In this document: one piece after another, positions 29,832 through 39,877 of the stretch
Position numbering within the stretch: position 1 is the stretch's first letter
Layout of the letters: every line of letters starts with the position of its first letter
Origin: Polyangia bacterium
Lineage (GTDB): Bacteria > Myxococcota_A > Polyangia > JAAYKL01
DNA: 64,000 nucleotides
Direction of reading: 5' to 3'
Assembly (NCBI GenBank): GCA_050287845.1
Contig: JBNKCR010000077.1
Location: 23,506 to 87,505, forward strand
Program-made: the position numbers and the translations under genes
Notes under the pieces: model-generated
Told to the model about the DNA's origin: nothing
The model's input: the letters and a program-made list of their open reading frames with translations, nothing else
Database searches by the model: none

Positions 29832-31085
29832 ATGTCATTGAAAAGCAACCGGGAAGCCTCCCCCAAAGAGGCTTCTGTCTCCATTTACGACGTGTTTCGG
29901 CAGAGCCGAAGCGAGAATATCCATCCGATAAATCTGACGGTAGGCAATCCCAACCTGCCACCACCGCCGGAATACTACAGAGCCATGGCCGAGGTGGTGA
30001 CCGAAATCACCAGCCAGAAATGGAATGGGCATGGATACATGGTGGAGGAGGACCCATTCGGTCTATGCGGGAAAATCGCCACCCATTTGAGCACCCGCTT
30101 CCAGTCGCAGTTTAACAGTCAGGACGTGGGAATCACCGTTGGCGCAACCGGTGCACTGGATGTGATCTGCAAAACAGTGCTGGATCCCAATGGCCCCTGC
30201 AGCCAGATGGGCAATGAAGTGATTATTTTAGCGCCGTACTTTGTGGAATATACAAATATCATCGAAGCCAACGGTGGGGTACCCGTCGCGGTGCATACCA
30301 ACGAAAAATTCGGGTTGGACCTGGAGGCCATCGACGCGGCTCTGGGGCCGAACACCCGAATGATGCTGGTCAATTCCCCCAATAATCCCACGGGCGCCAT
30401 CTACTCTGCGGCGGAACTCAATGCCCTGGCTCAGCTGGTATCCCGGAAGGAAAAAGAGTTTGGAACATCGGTTTATCTCGTTGAAGACGCGGTGTACGAC
30501 ACCATTCATTTTGCGGAAGAACCGGTGCCCTCACTGGTGGATTTGCATCCCCGGCTTTTCAGGGTGAATTCCTGGTCGAAATCCATGAGCCTTTCGGGCG
30601 AGCGTATCGGATATTTTGCCATGCATCCCCATATCGGTACAGGTGATGACCGCGCGGCGCTGCGGGAGGCGCTGTTTCTGAATATGCGAATGCGGGTGGT
30701 GCATGCGCCTCTGTTTCAGCATCGCATTCTGGCCCGACTCCCGGTGGATTGTGTCACCGATATCGGCTACTACCGACGAAACATTGAAACCCTTTACCAG
30801 TGTCTCAAGGCGCTGGGCTTCGGCGTGAATCCACCCATGGGCACCTTTTACCTGTGGAGTGTGTTGCCGCCGCATTTTTCAGACGAAGAAGCCTTCCGCT
30901 CCGTGGCCATGAGCGGCGAGAATCCATTGCTCTATCTGCCGGGCGCCATTTTCGGCGGGAACCATTATCATCGGTGCGTAAGGTTTTCCGCCTGTGTGTC
31001 CTATGAAGAAATTGAGCGGGCGTGTGAAAAGCTGCGCCACATCGTATCCGGTATGCATTCGACAACGGAAGCGGTGTGTCTGTGA
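29832..31085 (+). CDS. PLP-dependent aminotransferase, class I/II
   Basis: VGNP, NSPNNPTG, EDAVY, SWSKSMSLSGERIG (PLP Lys), VRFS. Confidence 0.92.
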   Translation: MSLKSNREASPKEASVSIYDVFRQSRSENIHPINLTVGNPNLPPPPEYYRAMAEVVTEITSQKWNGHGYMVEEDPFGLCGKIATHLSTRFQSQFNSQDVGITVGATGALDVICKTVLDPNGPCSQMGNEVIILAPYFVEYTNIIEANGGVPVAVHTNEKFGLDLEAIDAALGPNTRMMLVNSPNNPTGAIYSAAELNALAQLVSRKEKEFGTSVYLVEDAVYDTIHFAEEPVPSLVDLHPRLFRVNSWSKSMSLSGERIGYFAMHPHIGTGDDRAALREALFLNMRMRVVHAPLFQHRILARLPVDCVTDIGYYRRNIETLYQCLKALGFGVNPPMGTFYLWSVLPPHFSDEEAFRSVAMSGENPLLYLPGAIFGGNHYHRCVRFSACVSYEEIERACEKLRHIVSGMHSTTEAVCL

Positions 31086-31148
31086 GCCATAAAATCGATA
31101 TGGCATATCTGAACATAAAGCGAATAAATTCAATTTTGGGGAAAACGT

Positions 31149-34100
31149 ATGAGTGAGAGAAAGCTGAAAGAACAGATTGCGGTGGTGTCCATGGGATGCA
31201 TTCTGCCGGATGCACCGAATCCCGAGGTATTCTGGCAGAACGTGTTGAATAAAAAAGTGTCCATCGGTAAATCCGGCGGGGATCGATTTGACAGGGAAGT
31301 GCACTTCAGACCGGAAATGTACGGAAAAACGGAGAAGTTTGATAAAACATATACCGAAATCGGTTCTGCAGAAGCGGCATTTGAATTTGATGGCCGGCGG
31401 TTTCGATTGCCGCCGACGGTCACCCGTCACATGGACAGCAATCAGAAAGTGATGGTTCTTTCCACAGAACAGGCACTTTCAGCAGTGAAGTCCGATACCT
31501 GGAACCGGGAAAAGGTTTCGGTATTCGTGGGCACGTCGTTTATCGGAGAGCTCCATCACGCATTTCAACGCCGTACTCATTGGGATCGATTTTCCTATCA
31601 TCTGAAAAGGCATCCGGATTTCAGCGGGCTGGATGAACAGAAGCAGTCTGCTGTGCTGAAGGATTTGGAGCACAGGTTTTTAAAAGGGACATACATGATA
31701 TCCGAGGATAGCGCTCCCGGAGTGCTGCCCAATATCATTGCTGCCCGCGTTTCATCGGTGTTTGACTTCCACGGTCATGCCTACGTGCTCGATGCCGCCT
31801 GTGCGTCCACCCTGGCGGCCATCATCGCGGGGGTACAGCATCTCGAATCCGGTGAATCCGATGTGGTGATTTGCGGCGGCGCCGATTTGCTCAATGCCGA
31901 GTTGGGCCGGGTTTACTTTTCAGGAATCAATGCGTTGAGCCCGGATGGTTCATATCCGTTTGATGTGCGGGCCAATGGATTTGTTGTCGGAGAAGGCGGC
32001 GGTGCAGTCATTCTGAAACGATACAGCGATGCCATTGCAGATGGCGATCAGATTCTGGCGCTGATTTCGGGGTATGGCCAGAACTCCGATGGCAAGGGGA
32101 AAGCCATTGCGGCGCCCAATTTCAAATGGCAGGCAAAATCCATTTCCGATGCATTCCGGATGGCTGGATTTTCTCCCGACACGGTGGAGTTGATTGAAGC
32201 CCATGGCACCGCTACCAAGGTGGGCGACAAAAGTGAAATCGATGCCTTGAAGACCTGCTATGAAGCGCTGGGCGCCCGGCGGCAACAGTTCTGCGCCGTG
32301 GGGTCCGCCAAATCCAATATTGGCCACCTGAAAGCCGCGGCTGGCGTTCCGGGGTTCATCAAGGCGGTGATGTCCCTGCATCACAAGGTGCTGCCTCCGA
32401 CGGCCAGTTGTGAGACAGTGAATCCGGCACTCCAGTTGGAAGGCTCGCCATTTTTCATCAATACCGAAACAAGAGACTGGCCCAAAACGGATCATCCGCG
32501 ACGGGCCGGGGTGAGCGGATTTGGATTTGGTGGCGCCAACTACCACATTGTTCTGGAAGAATTCAGAGAAGCGGATGTGGAGAAAAAACTGGCAGACATT
32601 CGACAGATAAAATCAACACCGTCGATTTCAACTGCAGCGGTGTCGGTTTCTGAAACGAATAAATCGCCAGATGCAGCAGCCTCCGGGCCAAAGGAGTCGT
32701 GGTTGACCCTGATGGTATCCGGGGCAGATACCGACGAACTTTGTGGGGAACTGTCGCGCATTCTGACCGAGGTTTCTGACGGCGTTTCCAGAAATGAGAA
32801 TATGTTGAATCTGGTTCTGAAAGAAAATTTCAGCGCAGTGTCAACGGCCACTCATCGGTTGGGCATCGCCTTTTTGGGACGAGTTGAACTGCGGACAAAA
32901 ATAAAAGCCGCACTGGAAATGCTTTCAAAGGAACCCTTTGAACAGGTTGCTTCTCAATGGGCATTACTGGCACAGAAAGGGATTTTTTACCGGAATACGC
33001 CACCTGTGAAACGGGACGAAGTGGCATTTCTGTTTCCAGGCCAGGCCTCCCAGTATCCCGATATGTGCCTCTCCCTGGAGGAGGGATATCCCCACCTGAA
33101 GGGATTTACCGTTCCCATGGACAGCTATTGGGAAAGCCATTGCGGTACCCCCATTTCGGAATTGATTTCTTCTGCGGGCCGCGGTGTGGAAGCCACGGCA
33201 AGTCTGCTGAAAAATACCCGAAATACCCATCCGGCATTGCTGTATGGCAGCGTGCTGTGTCACGAGATATTGAGACAGCACGGGGTGGAAGCCGGGTTTA
33301 TGGTGGGCCACAGCGCCGGCGAAATTTCTGCTCTGAAAGCGGCTGGGGTGCTGAATCTGAAAAATGCCCTGCTGCTGATGGATTCCAGAAGCAGTAGCTT
33401 TGTGGAAATGCCCAAAAATCTGCCGGATGGCGGAGTGGACTGCGGCAAGATGGCGGCAGTGAAAACCGATAGAGAGAAACTCGACGCATTGGTTGCCGAA
33501 TCGGGCGCGTCGGTATCGCTGGCCAATCTGAACAGTCCGACCCAACTGATTGTCAGTGGCTTTACCAGAGACATGGACGCGTTTCTGTCGTTTCTTTCGG
33601 CGCGGAAAATCGGCTTTGTTGAATTGAATGTGAGTCACGCCTTTCATTCGCCCGTGGTGCAGCCGGCAGCGGAACAGTACCGAAAAGATTTGGAATTGAT
33701 TGTGTTTCAGAAGGGCGAGACGCCGGTGTACGCCAACGAAACGTGTACGGCGTATCCGGAAGACCCGACAGTTCCTGGCGCCGAAGATCAAATAAGAGAC
33801 ATGCTCTATCGCCAGATTACCGGATCGGTCAATTTTATGGGCACCATTGAAAAGCTCGCCAGAGAAGGCGTCCGCCTGTTTGTGGAGGTGGGCCCCAACC
33901 AGGTGCTGAGTCAACTGACGCGGACGATTCTGGACGGAAAAAATGTGTCGATTGTTCCTTCGAATCCCAAAAAGAAATCGGACATGGAGGGAATGCAATC
34001 GTGTATTGCTGCGCTGTTTGCCGAAGGAGTGGCTGTGCAGTATGTGGCCCCGGCCACCGGTCACGCCAGACCGTCCGCAGAGAATGAGGCGCTGCCGCTA

Positions 34101-37100
34101 TCGCCCGCCCCGGCGCAGAATGTGCAGGTTCAGTATCCAGGGCCGGCCATCGGATACTCCGGCGTGTCGGTTGGTCTTCCCGGATCGTATAAAAAAAGTT
34201 TCAGGGACGACAATTTTGAACAGTTGTTTGCCGGGCACAATTTCATTGAGGCGTTGACCGAAAAAGAAAAATCCAACCTTGCGTCGCTGCGGGTGAACAA
34301 GGTGGTGAAAACCAGCCAGGGACCCTCGTTTCATCTGCTTGATTCCCTGGAAAGCGTGATTCAGCTGGCCGGCAAGGTGGGTCAGATAGATGCCTTGAAA
34401 GATTATCAGATTGATCAATCTGAAATCGATCAGATGAATCAGGCCATCCTCCATGGCGTTGCCGCCGGATTCGAGGCCCTGAGAGATGCCCGGATTCCCC
34501 TTGTGCATCAGTACAATAAAACCGCATCGGGGGGATTGCTGCCCGACCGCTGGGTGCTTCCCCGGTCGATGCAGCGGCGCACCGGGGTGATCTATGCTCA
34601 TGGATTCCCCATGGTGGAAACGGTGGTGGCCGAGGTGACCCGCCATCTGAATTACAGGTTTGCCGGCGTCGGCCGAAAGAACCAGCTGGCGTTCTATCAT
34701 CAACTGCTGCCCCTCATTGAGAATACCGAAGCGAAAGATATATTGACCAACTGGTTCGTAGAGAATCAGGCGATGTTGAAAAATGCCTGCAGCGATGATG
34801 AGGTGTTCAAATTCAATCACCTGTTCATCAACCAGATTTCTTCTTTGGCCAATGTGCGGATGGCCCAGTACATTCAGGCGCTGGGGCCGAATTTTCAGCT
34901 CAATGCCGCCTGCTCTTCCACCTGTACCGCCATTACGTTGTCTGAAGAAATGATTGCCTCCGGTCGTGTCGATCGCATGCTCATCATCGGTTCGGATGAT
35001 GCCACCTCGGAATTAAGTATGCCGTACCTTGGCGCCGGTTTCCTGAGTACCGGGGCGGCCAGTTGTGAATCCGATGTCCGGGAAGCGGCATTGCCCTTTG
35101 ATGAACGTCGAAATGGCATGATTATCAGCGCAGGGGCGGTGGCCCTGGTGGTGGAACGTATGGATGCCGCCCGGGAAAGAGGCCTGCGTCCGGTTTGCCA
35201 GTTGCTGGGAAGCCATGTGTTCAATACGGCGGGGCATCATGCCCGATTGAATGTACCCCGCTATGCGGATGAACTGAAATACTTCATTGATGAGATGGTT
35301 GCGCAATACGGGTTGGACGTGGATACCCTCAGTAAAAAACTGATGTATGTATCTCACGAAACCTATACGCCGGCCAGAGGGGGCTGCTCCGAGGCGGAAG
35401 CAGTCTCGCTGCGTCATGTGTTCAAAGACAATTTTCGCAATATTCTGGTGACCAATACCAAGGGCATGACCGGGCATATCATGGGCGCATCCGTGGAGGA
35501 TGTATTGGCGGCGCGGGCGTTGGAATGCGGTAAAGTACCGCCGGTGGTGAATTTCCGGGTGCCCGACCCGAAGCTGGAAGGACTGAACCTGAGCAGGGGA
35601 GGGCGTCACCGGTGCGAGTTTGCATTGCGAATGGCGGCCGGGTTCGGATCGCAGGGCAATTACATTCTGCTGCGCAGATATGGGGATGTCATTGAGGAGG
35701 GCGCCATGGTGAATCCTCTGAATCCCCGGAGTGATCATCGCATTGAAGACGCCGGGCGCTACCTGGATTGGCTCAGGGAGGTATCCAACGACTCCGCACC
35801 CGAACTGGAGTTTTCCGGGCGATTACTTCGGGTGAAAGATGCGAAGATGGGCGCGGTGGTTTCTGATTCATCTGATGTGGCCCCGGCGCCGGACAGTCCC
35901 GGGGAAACCCCTGCGTCGGCGCCGGTGTCCGCTGCTCATCCGTTTTCGGGGACCGCTGACGAATCCACCCGTGGCCCGGCAACGGTTGCGGTGAAGGAAA
36001 CACGCACCGCAACCCGGGGGGAAATTCAGCGTCTGGTTTTCAGCGTGGTGGCCGAAGTCACCGGGTATGCCCCGGAGATGATAGAAGCCGATATGGAAGT
36101 CGAAAATGATCTGGGTATCGACACCGTGAAACAGGCCACCATTCTCAGCACCCTTGGGGAAAAGCTCGGGGTGGCGGATGAGTTCGAGTTTCAGATTGCC
36201 GCCTATCCGACCGTTGCGTCGTGGATTGACCTGTTTATGGGGCTTTCCGCCCGGGGTGAGACCATCAACCAGACCGATATCACCGCGACGATGCCGATTG
36301 TGGCGATGGAGAATGACACAGTGCCGCCGCCTTCGGTGCGCAATGCGACCCGTGCGCAGATTCAGGAACTGGTTTTTACCGTGGTTTCGGAGATTACGGG
36401 ATATGCCCCGGAGATGATTGAACCGGATATGGAAGTGGAAAACGACCTTGGCATCGATACGGTGAAACAGGCCACCATTCTCAGTATGCTGGGGGAGAAA
36501 CTGGGAGTTGCCGATGAGTTCGAGTTTCAGATTGCCGCTTATCCGACCGTTACGTCGTGGATTGATCTGTTCATGGGGTTGACCGGCGCCGGGGGGGAAG
36601 CCCACTCGGCGAAAGCCGCAGCGGCGGTTGAAACAGAAACTGAAACAGATAATTCCATGAATTTGCAGGGGGCGCCCCGGAAGTTGAACACCCACTATCT
36701 GGTGCGGGAGCCATTGGCTTTTGAAACGGCGAAGAAGATTCTGGCGAAAACCGCTGACCTGAAATCCTGCCGGTTGTTTATTATTGGACCGGTATCCCGT
36801 TTTGAAATGCTGCGTTCCAGATTGCACCGGATAACCGGTGAGTTGATTCATGTGGACCTTTCGGTGAACCGGATTGCAGAAGCGGTGTCGCGGGTGAGGA
36901 GCGGTGGCACATTGCCGCTTAGGGATGTATGGATGGATTTGAGTGCCTATGAAATTGGCGCGGACGTTCAGGATATGTTGAGCGCCCATTTTGATTTCTG
37001 TAAAAAGCTCGATGACCAGCGACCCAACCGGATTGTGTCCATTGGTCGCCAGTCTCCCACCTATGGGGCGCTGGTGGGATATTATCAGGCGCTGTCGAAG

Positions 37101-39098
37101 GAATGGAATGTGGATTACTGCGGTGTGATGGATGGGGAAGCGCACAGTCGCATTTCTGATACGGCGCTTTCCACGGCGATTTTTGCGCTGTCAGAATGGC
37201 CGGGGGCTGCGGTGATTGAAGCCCATCCGGAACAGATACTGGCATGGCGTGCGATGGACAGTGAAGAAATCACAGATACAACGGACATTGTGGGGAAAAC
37301 CTCGGCGACTGATGATATTGCATGGCAGGATTCGGATGTGCTGCTGGTGGTGGGCGCCACGGGAATTACGGTAAGAATTGCAGAGGCGTTCTCCAGACAG
37401 CATCCGGTGAAAATGGCTCTGTTGGATTTGAACCCGCTGTCCGAGAACAGTTACCTGGGGCCGGAGTGGGATGAAGAGAATCATCCGGCCCGGAAAAATG
37501 ACATTCTTCAACGGTTGCAGGCCGAAGGGGGGAAATTTCGGCCGGTGGTGCTGGAACAGGAGTTTCAACGAATTCTGAAACAGCGGGAATTGCAACGGAA
37601 CATTCAATTGCTGGAAAGCAATCATACGACCGTGATGTATCTGAGCTGCGATGTGACGGACGCGGATGCGGTACAGCAGGCGGTGAACACCATACAGCAG
37701 AAGCTGGGGCCCATTACCGGGATTATTCACGGCGCCGGCGTTGAAATCAGCAACATGATTGGCCAAAAGACCAAAGAAGAGTTTCTGAAAGTTACCCGTC
37801 CCAAAATTGAAGGGGCAGAAAATCTGCTGGAGTTTGCTACTTCGGACAGGTTGAAGCTGTGGCTGTGTTTTTCTTCGATTTCGGGCGTTTTCGGAAATGC
37901 TGCTCAGGTGGATTACTCAGCGGCCAATTCATTTTTGAATTCTGTCACGCTGTCGCTGCAGGAACAGAACCCCAATGTGGTTGCCAGATGTATTGCCTGG
38001 TCCGGCTGGGCCCAGACCGGTATGGCCTGGCGAAACACCTATGTCAGAGAGAACGCCGAGAAAATCGGACTACATTTTATTATGCCGGAAGAGGGTTGCG
38101 ACAAAGCAGTTTCGTTAATGTCAAATACCACAGGACCGTCTATTCAGGTAGTGCACAGGGGACTGGGTCACATGCTGGATAACAGATGGCAGAGCCGTTC
38201 CGGGTTTCCAACGCCGCTGATTGATCGGATGGAAAAAACCGAATCCGGGTTCCGTTTCTATAAAAAACTGGATGTGAACGCCGATGAATGGCTGAACCAG
38301 CATCGTCTGCTGGATACGCCGCTGCTTCCCGGGGTTGGATATCTGGAGATGATGGCCGAAATTTACGGCCGGAACAACGGTTTTAAAAACGGTATCTGTT
38401 ATGAAAACCTGGCTTTTCATGATGCATTTAAATTGACCGGTGAAGTGCCCAGGGAGATTTTCATCGATACATCTGTCGATGCGGAAAAGTGCGGTGTACC
38501 GGTTTCCATGAAAATATTTTCTGAAATTAAAGGCCGTCTGTTCTCGGATATGCACCTGTATTGTACAGCTACGGTGAGCAGCGCGGGAGAAAAACCACTG
38601 TTGCAGGAAGTGTGGCAGGAACCGGACTGGATCGAAACTGCGGACCATTTCAAGGTGTTTGAGGGAATCGAAAAATTGCCTCAGAATGTGATTTTCGGAA
38701 ATCTGTTTCACGACTTCAAACGGGAAGGCGCCAATCTGGATGGGATGCGGTATCAATGGAATGATCAGGCATTGGTGCGGGATTACGGGTTTCCGATGGA
38801 ACAGTTGGACAATCCGAAATATCCATTGTCCGATTATAAAATAAATTTTTGTCTGATGGATTCCCTGCATCAGGCAGGCGTGGTACATACGGTGCTGCAG
38901 ACCGGAAAAGTCCATCTGCCGTGCGGTGCAAGCCAGTTTGTTATTTATGACAAATGTGACTCGCCAGAGCGCTACAGGAATCATGCCCGATGTGTGCGAA
39001 GAGAAAAAGACACGTTCTGGTATGATATATTTCTGACAAACAGCAGAGGCAACGTGTGTGCAACGGTGTTCGGATGTGAGTTCAGAAAAATATCCTGA
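31149..39098 (+). CDS. Iterative type I polyketide/fatty-acid synthase, KS-AT-KS-ACP-ACP-KR-DH
   Basis: KS1 DAACAS/EAHGT/KSNIGHL. AT FPGQ/GHSAG/HAFHS. KS2 NAACSS/SHETYT/GMTGH. Two DLGIDTVKQ ACPs. KR GATGI/HGAG/YSAAN. DH HRLLDTPLLPG/DSLHQ. Confidence 0.93.
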   Translation: MSERKLKEQIAVVSMGCILPDAPNPEVFWQNVLNKKVSIGKSGGDRFDREVHFRPEMYGKTEKFDKTYTEIGSAEAAFEFDGRRFRLPPTVTRHMDSNQKVMVLSTEQALSAVKSDTWNREKVSVFVGTSFIGELHHAFQRRTHWDRFSYHLKRHPDFSGLDEQKQSAVLKDLEHRFLKGTYMISEDSAPGVLPNIIAARVSSVFDFHGHAYVLDAACASTLAAIIAGVQHLESGESDVVICGGADLLNAELGRVYFSGINALSPDGSYPFDVRANGFVVGEGGGAVILKRYSDAIADGDQILALISGYGQNSDGKGKAIAAPNFKWQAKSISDAFRMAGFSPDTVELIEAHGTATKVGDKSEIDALKTCYEALGARRQQFCAVGSAKSNIGHLKAAAGVPGFIKAVMSLHHKVLPPTASCETVNPALQLEGSPFFINTETRDWPKTDHPRRAGVSGFGFGGANYHIVLEEFREADVEKKLADIRQIKSTPSISTAAVSVSETNKSPDAAASGPKESWLTLMVSGADTDELCGELSRILTEVSDGVSRNENMLNLVLKENFSAVSTATHRLGIAFLGRVELRTKIKAALEMLSKEPFEQVASQWALLAQKGIFYRNTPPVKRDEVAFLFPGQASQYPDMCLSLEEGYPHLKGFTVPMDSYWESHCGTPISELISSAGRGVEATASLLKNTRNTHPALLYGSVLCHEILRQHGVEAGFMVGHSAGEISALKAAGVLNLKNALLLMDSRSSSFVEMPKNLPDGGVDCGKMAAVKTDREKLDALVAESGASVSLANLNSPTQLIVSGFTRDMDAFLSFLSARKIGFVELNVSHAFHSPVVQPAAEQYRKDLELIVFQKGETPVYANETCTAYPEDPTVPGAEDQIRDMLYRQITGSVNFMGTIEKLAREGVRLFVEVGPNQVLSQLTRTILDGKNVSIVPSNPKKKSDMEGMQSCIAALFAEGVAVQYVAPATGHARPSAENEALPLSPAPAQNVQVQYPGPAIGYSGVSVGLPGSYKKSFRDDNFEQLFAGHNFIEALTEKEKSNLASLRVNKVVKTSQGPSFHLLDSLESVIQLAGKVGQIDALKDYQIDQSEIDQMNQAILHGVAAGFEALRDARIPLVHQYNKTASGGLLPDRWVLPRSMQRRTGVIYAHGFPMVETVVAEVTRHLNYRFAGVGRKNQLAFYHQLLPLIENTEAKDILTNWFVENQAMLKNACSDDEVFKFNHLFINQISSLANVRMAQYIQALGPNFQLNAACSSTCTAITLSEEMIASGRVDRMLIIGSDDATSELSMPYLGAGFLSTGAASCESDVREAALPFDERRNGMIISAGAVALVVERMDAARERGLRPVCQLLGSHVFNTAGHHARLNVPRYADELKYFIDEMVAQYGLDVDTLSKKLMYVSHETYTPARGGCSEAEAVSLRHVFKDNFRNILVTNTKGMTGHIMGASVEDVLAARALECGKVPPVVNFRVPDPKLEGLNLSRGGRHRCEFALRMAAGFGSQGNYILLRRYGDVIEEGAMVNPLNPRSDHRIEDAGRYLDWLREVSNDSAPELEFSGRLLRVKDAKMGAVVSDSSDVAPAPDSPGETPASAPVSAAHPFSGTADESTRGPATVAVKETRTATRGEIQRLVFSVVAEVTGYAPEMIEADMEVENDLGIDTVKQATILSTLGEKLGVADEFEFQIAAYPTVASWIDLFMGLSARGETINQTDITATMPIVAMENDTVPPPSVRNATRAQIQELVFTVVSEITGYAPEMIEPDMEVENDLGIDTVKQATILSMLGEKLGVADEFEFQIAAYPTVTSWIDLFMGLTGAGGEAHSAKAAAAVETETETDNSMNLQGAPRKLNTHYLVREPLAFETAKKILAKTADLKSCRLFIIGPVSRFEMLRSRLHRITGELIHVDLSVNRIAEAVSRVRSGGTLPLRDVWMDLSAYEIGADVQDMLSAHFDFCKKLDDQRPNRIVSIGRQSPTYGALVGYYQALSKEWNVDYCGVMDGEAHSRISDTALSTAIFALSEWPGAAVIEAHPEQILAWRAMDSEEITDTTDIVGKTSATDDIAWQDSDVLLVVGATGITVRIAEAFSRQHPVKMALLDLNPLSENSYLGPEWDEENHPARKNDILQRLQAEGGKFRPVVLEQEFQRILKQRELQRNIQLLESNHTTVMYLSCDVTDADAVQQAVNTIQQKLGPITGIIHGAGVEISNMIGQKTKEEFLKVTRPKIEGAENLLEFATSDRLKLWLCFSSISGVFGNAAQVDYSAANSFLNSVTLSLQEQNPNVVARCIAWSGWAQTGMAWRNTYVRENAEKIGLHFIMPEEGCDKAVSLMSNTTGPSIQVVHRGLGHMLDNRWQSRSGFPTPLIDRMEKTESGFRFYKKLDVNADEWLNQHRLLDTPLLPGVGYLEMMAEIYGRNNGFKNGICYENLAFHDAFKLTGEVPREIFIDTSVDAEKCGVPVSMKIFSEIKGRLFSDMHLYCTATVSSAGEKPLLQEVWQEPDWIETADHFKVFEGIEKLPQNVIFGNLFHDFKREGANLDGMRYQWNDQALVRDYGFPMEQLDNPKYPLSDYKINFCLMDSLHQAGVVHTVLQTGKVHLPCGASQFVIYDKCDSPERYRNHARCVRREKDTFWYDIFLTNSRGNVCATVFGCEFRKIS
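36007..36581 (+). repeat. Tandem near-identical ACP domains within the PKS
   Basis: ATR.(E/Q)IQ.LVF.VV.E.TGYAPEMIE.DMEVENDLGIDTVKQATILS.LGEKLGVADEFEFQIAAYPTV.SWIDLFMGL occurs twice. Confidence 0.92.
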
Positions 39099-39151
39099 GT
39101 CAGTCAGGTTCCACACACTCCGGACAAATACAGTTCAGGAAAAACGCTTAC

Positions 39152-39877
39152 ATGTTAGACTTTCTGACCAATATGCCCTGTACTTCGATTTCCCTTGCCA
39201 AATTGGATGACGGTGAGCTACACATTCGGGGCGTTGATAAAAGTTCAAGTTGGAAGCAGTTTAAGCAATTACTTTATTTCAGGTTGAGATGCGCTGTGGA
39301 GATTGAACCCTTAATCAATTGGCGGACTTGCTTCACAAATGATGCAACAATGCCCCTGAAGAATATGAAGCTTGAAGGGATTCGTCATCCACAACGTCAA
39401 GTGAGTCGATTGGCGGGAAGAGCCGCTGCCAGGCGCGCGGCGAAAGTTTGGCTCAAAGACGACCAGACTGCGAATCTGGAAGTGTCCAATTTGCCCTCGG
39501 GAAAACCGCAATTTAATTTTTACCCCGACCTTCACCTGAGTATTTCTCACTCTGGAGATTTGGCTGCAGCCAGCGTCAGCCCTGAACCCCATGGTATTGA
39601 TTTGGAACGGATGGAATCACGGCCCGCTTCGTTGATGCGATATTTTTTTTCATCTGCGGAACAGCAATGGATTGAGAACAGCACCAATCCGTTGACTGCC
39701 CTGCATGTGCTGTGGACGCGGAAGGAAGCGGTCAGCAAACTGCTGGGCAAAGGTGGACAACTGGGGTTCAGGAATCTGTCTGTTCTGGATGGGGAAACAT
39801 CCTGGAAATTTCTGAGTTGTACCATTGGCAATTACATGTGCAGTCTGGCTCATTTTTCGGGGGAGGGTGCAAAGTGA
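39152..39877 (+). CDS. Sfp-type 4'-phosphopantetheinyl transferase
   Basis: SGKP, SISHSG, GIDLE, WTRKEAVSK. Confidence 0.9.
   Translation: MLDFLTNMPCTSISLAKLDDGELHIRGVDKSSSWKQFKQLLYFRLRCAVEIEPLINWRTCFTNDATMPLKNMKLEGIRHPQRQVSRLAGRAAARRAAKVWLKDDQTANLEVSNLPSGKPQFNFYPDLHLSISHSGDLAAASVSPEPHGIDLERMESRPASLMRYFFSSAEQQWIENSTNPLTALHVLWTRKEAVSKLLGKGGQLGFRNLSVLDGETSWKFLSCTIGNYMCSLAHFSGEGAK

Noticed and set aside
32964..39116. Long minus-strand ORFs (366, 425 and 331 aa) inside the PKS
   Set aside because: They are antisense shadows caused by codon bias of the PKS.
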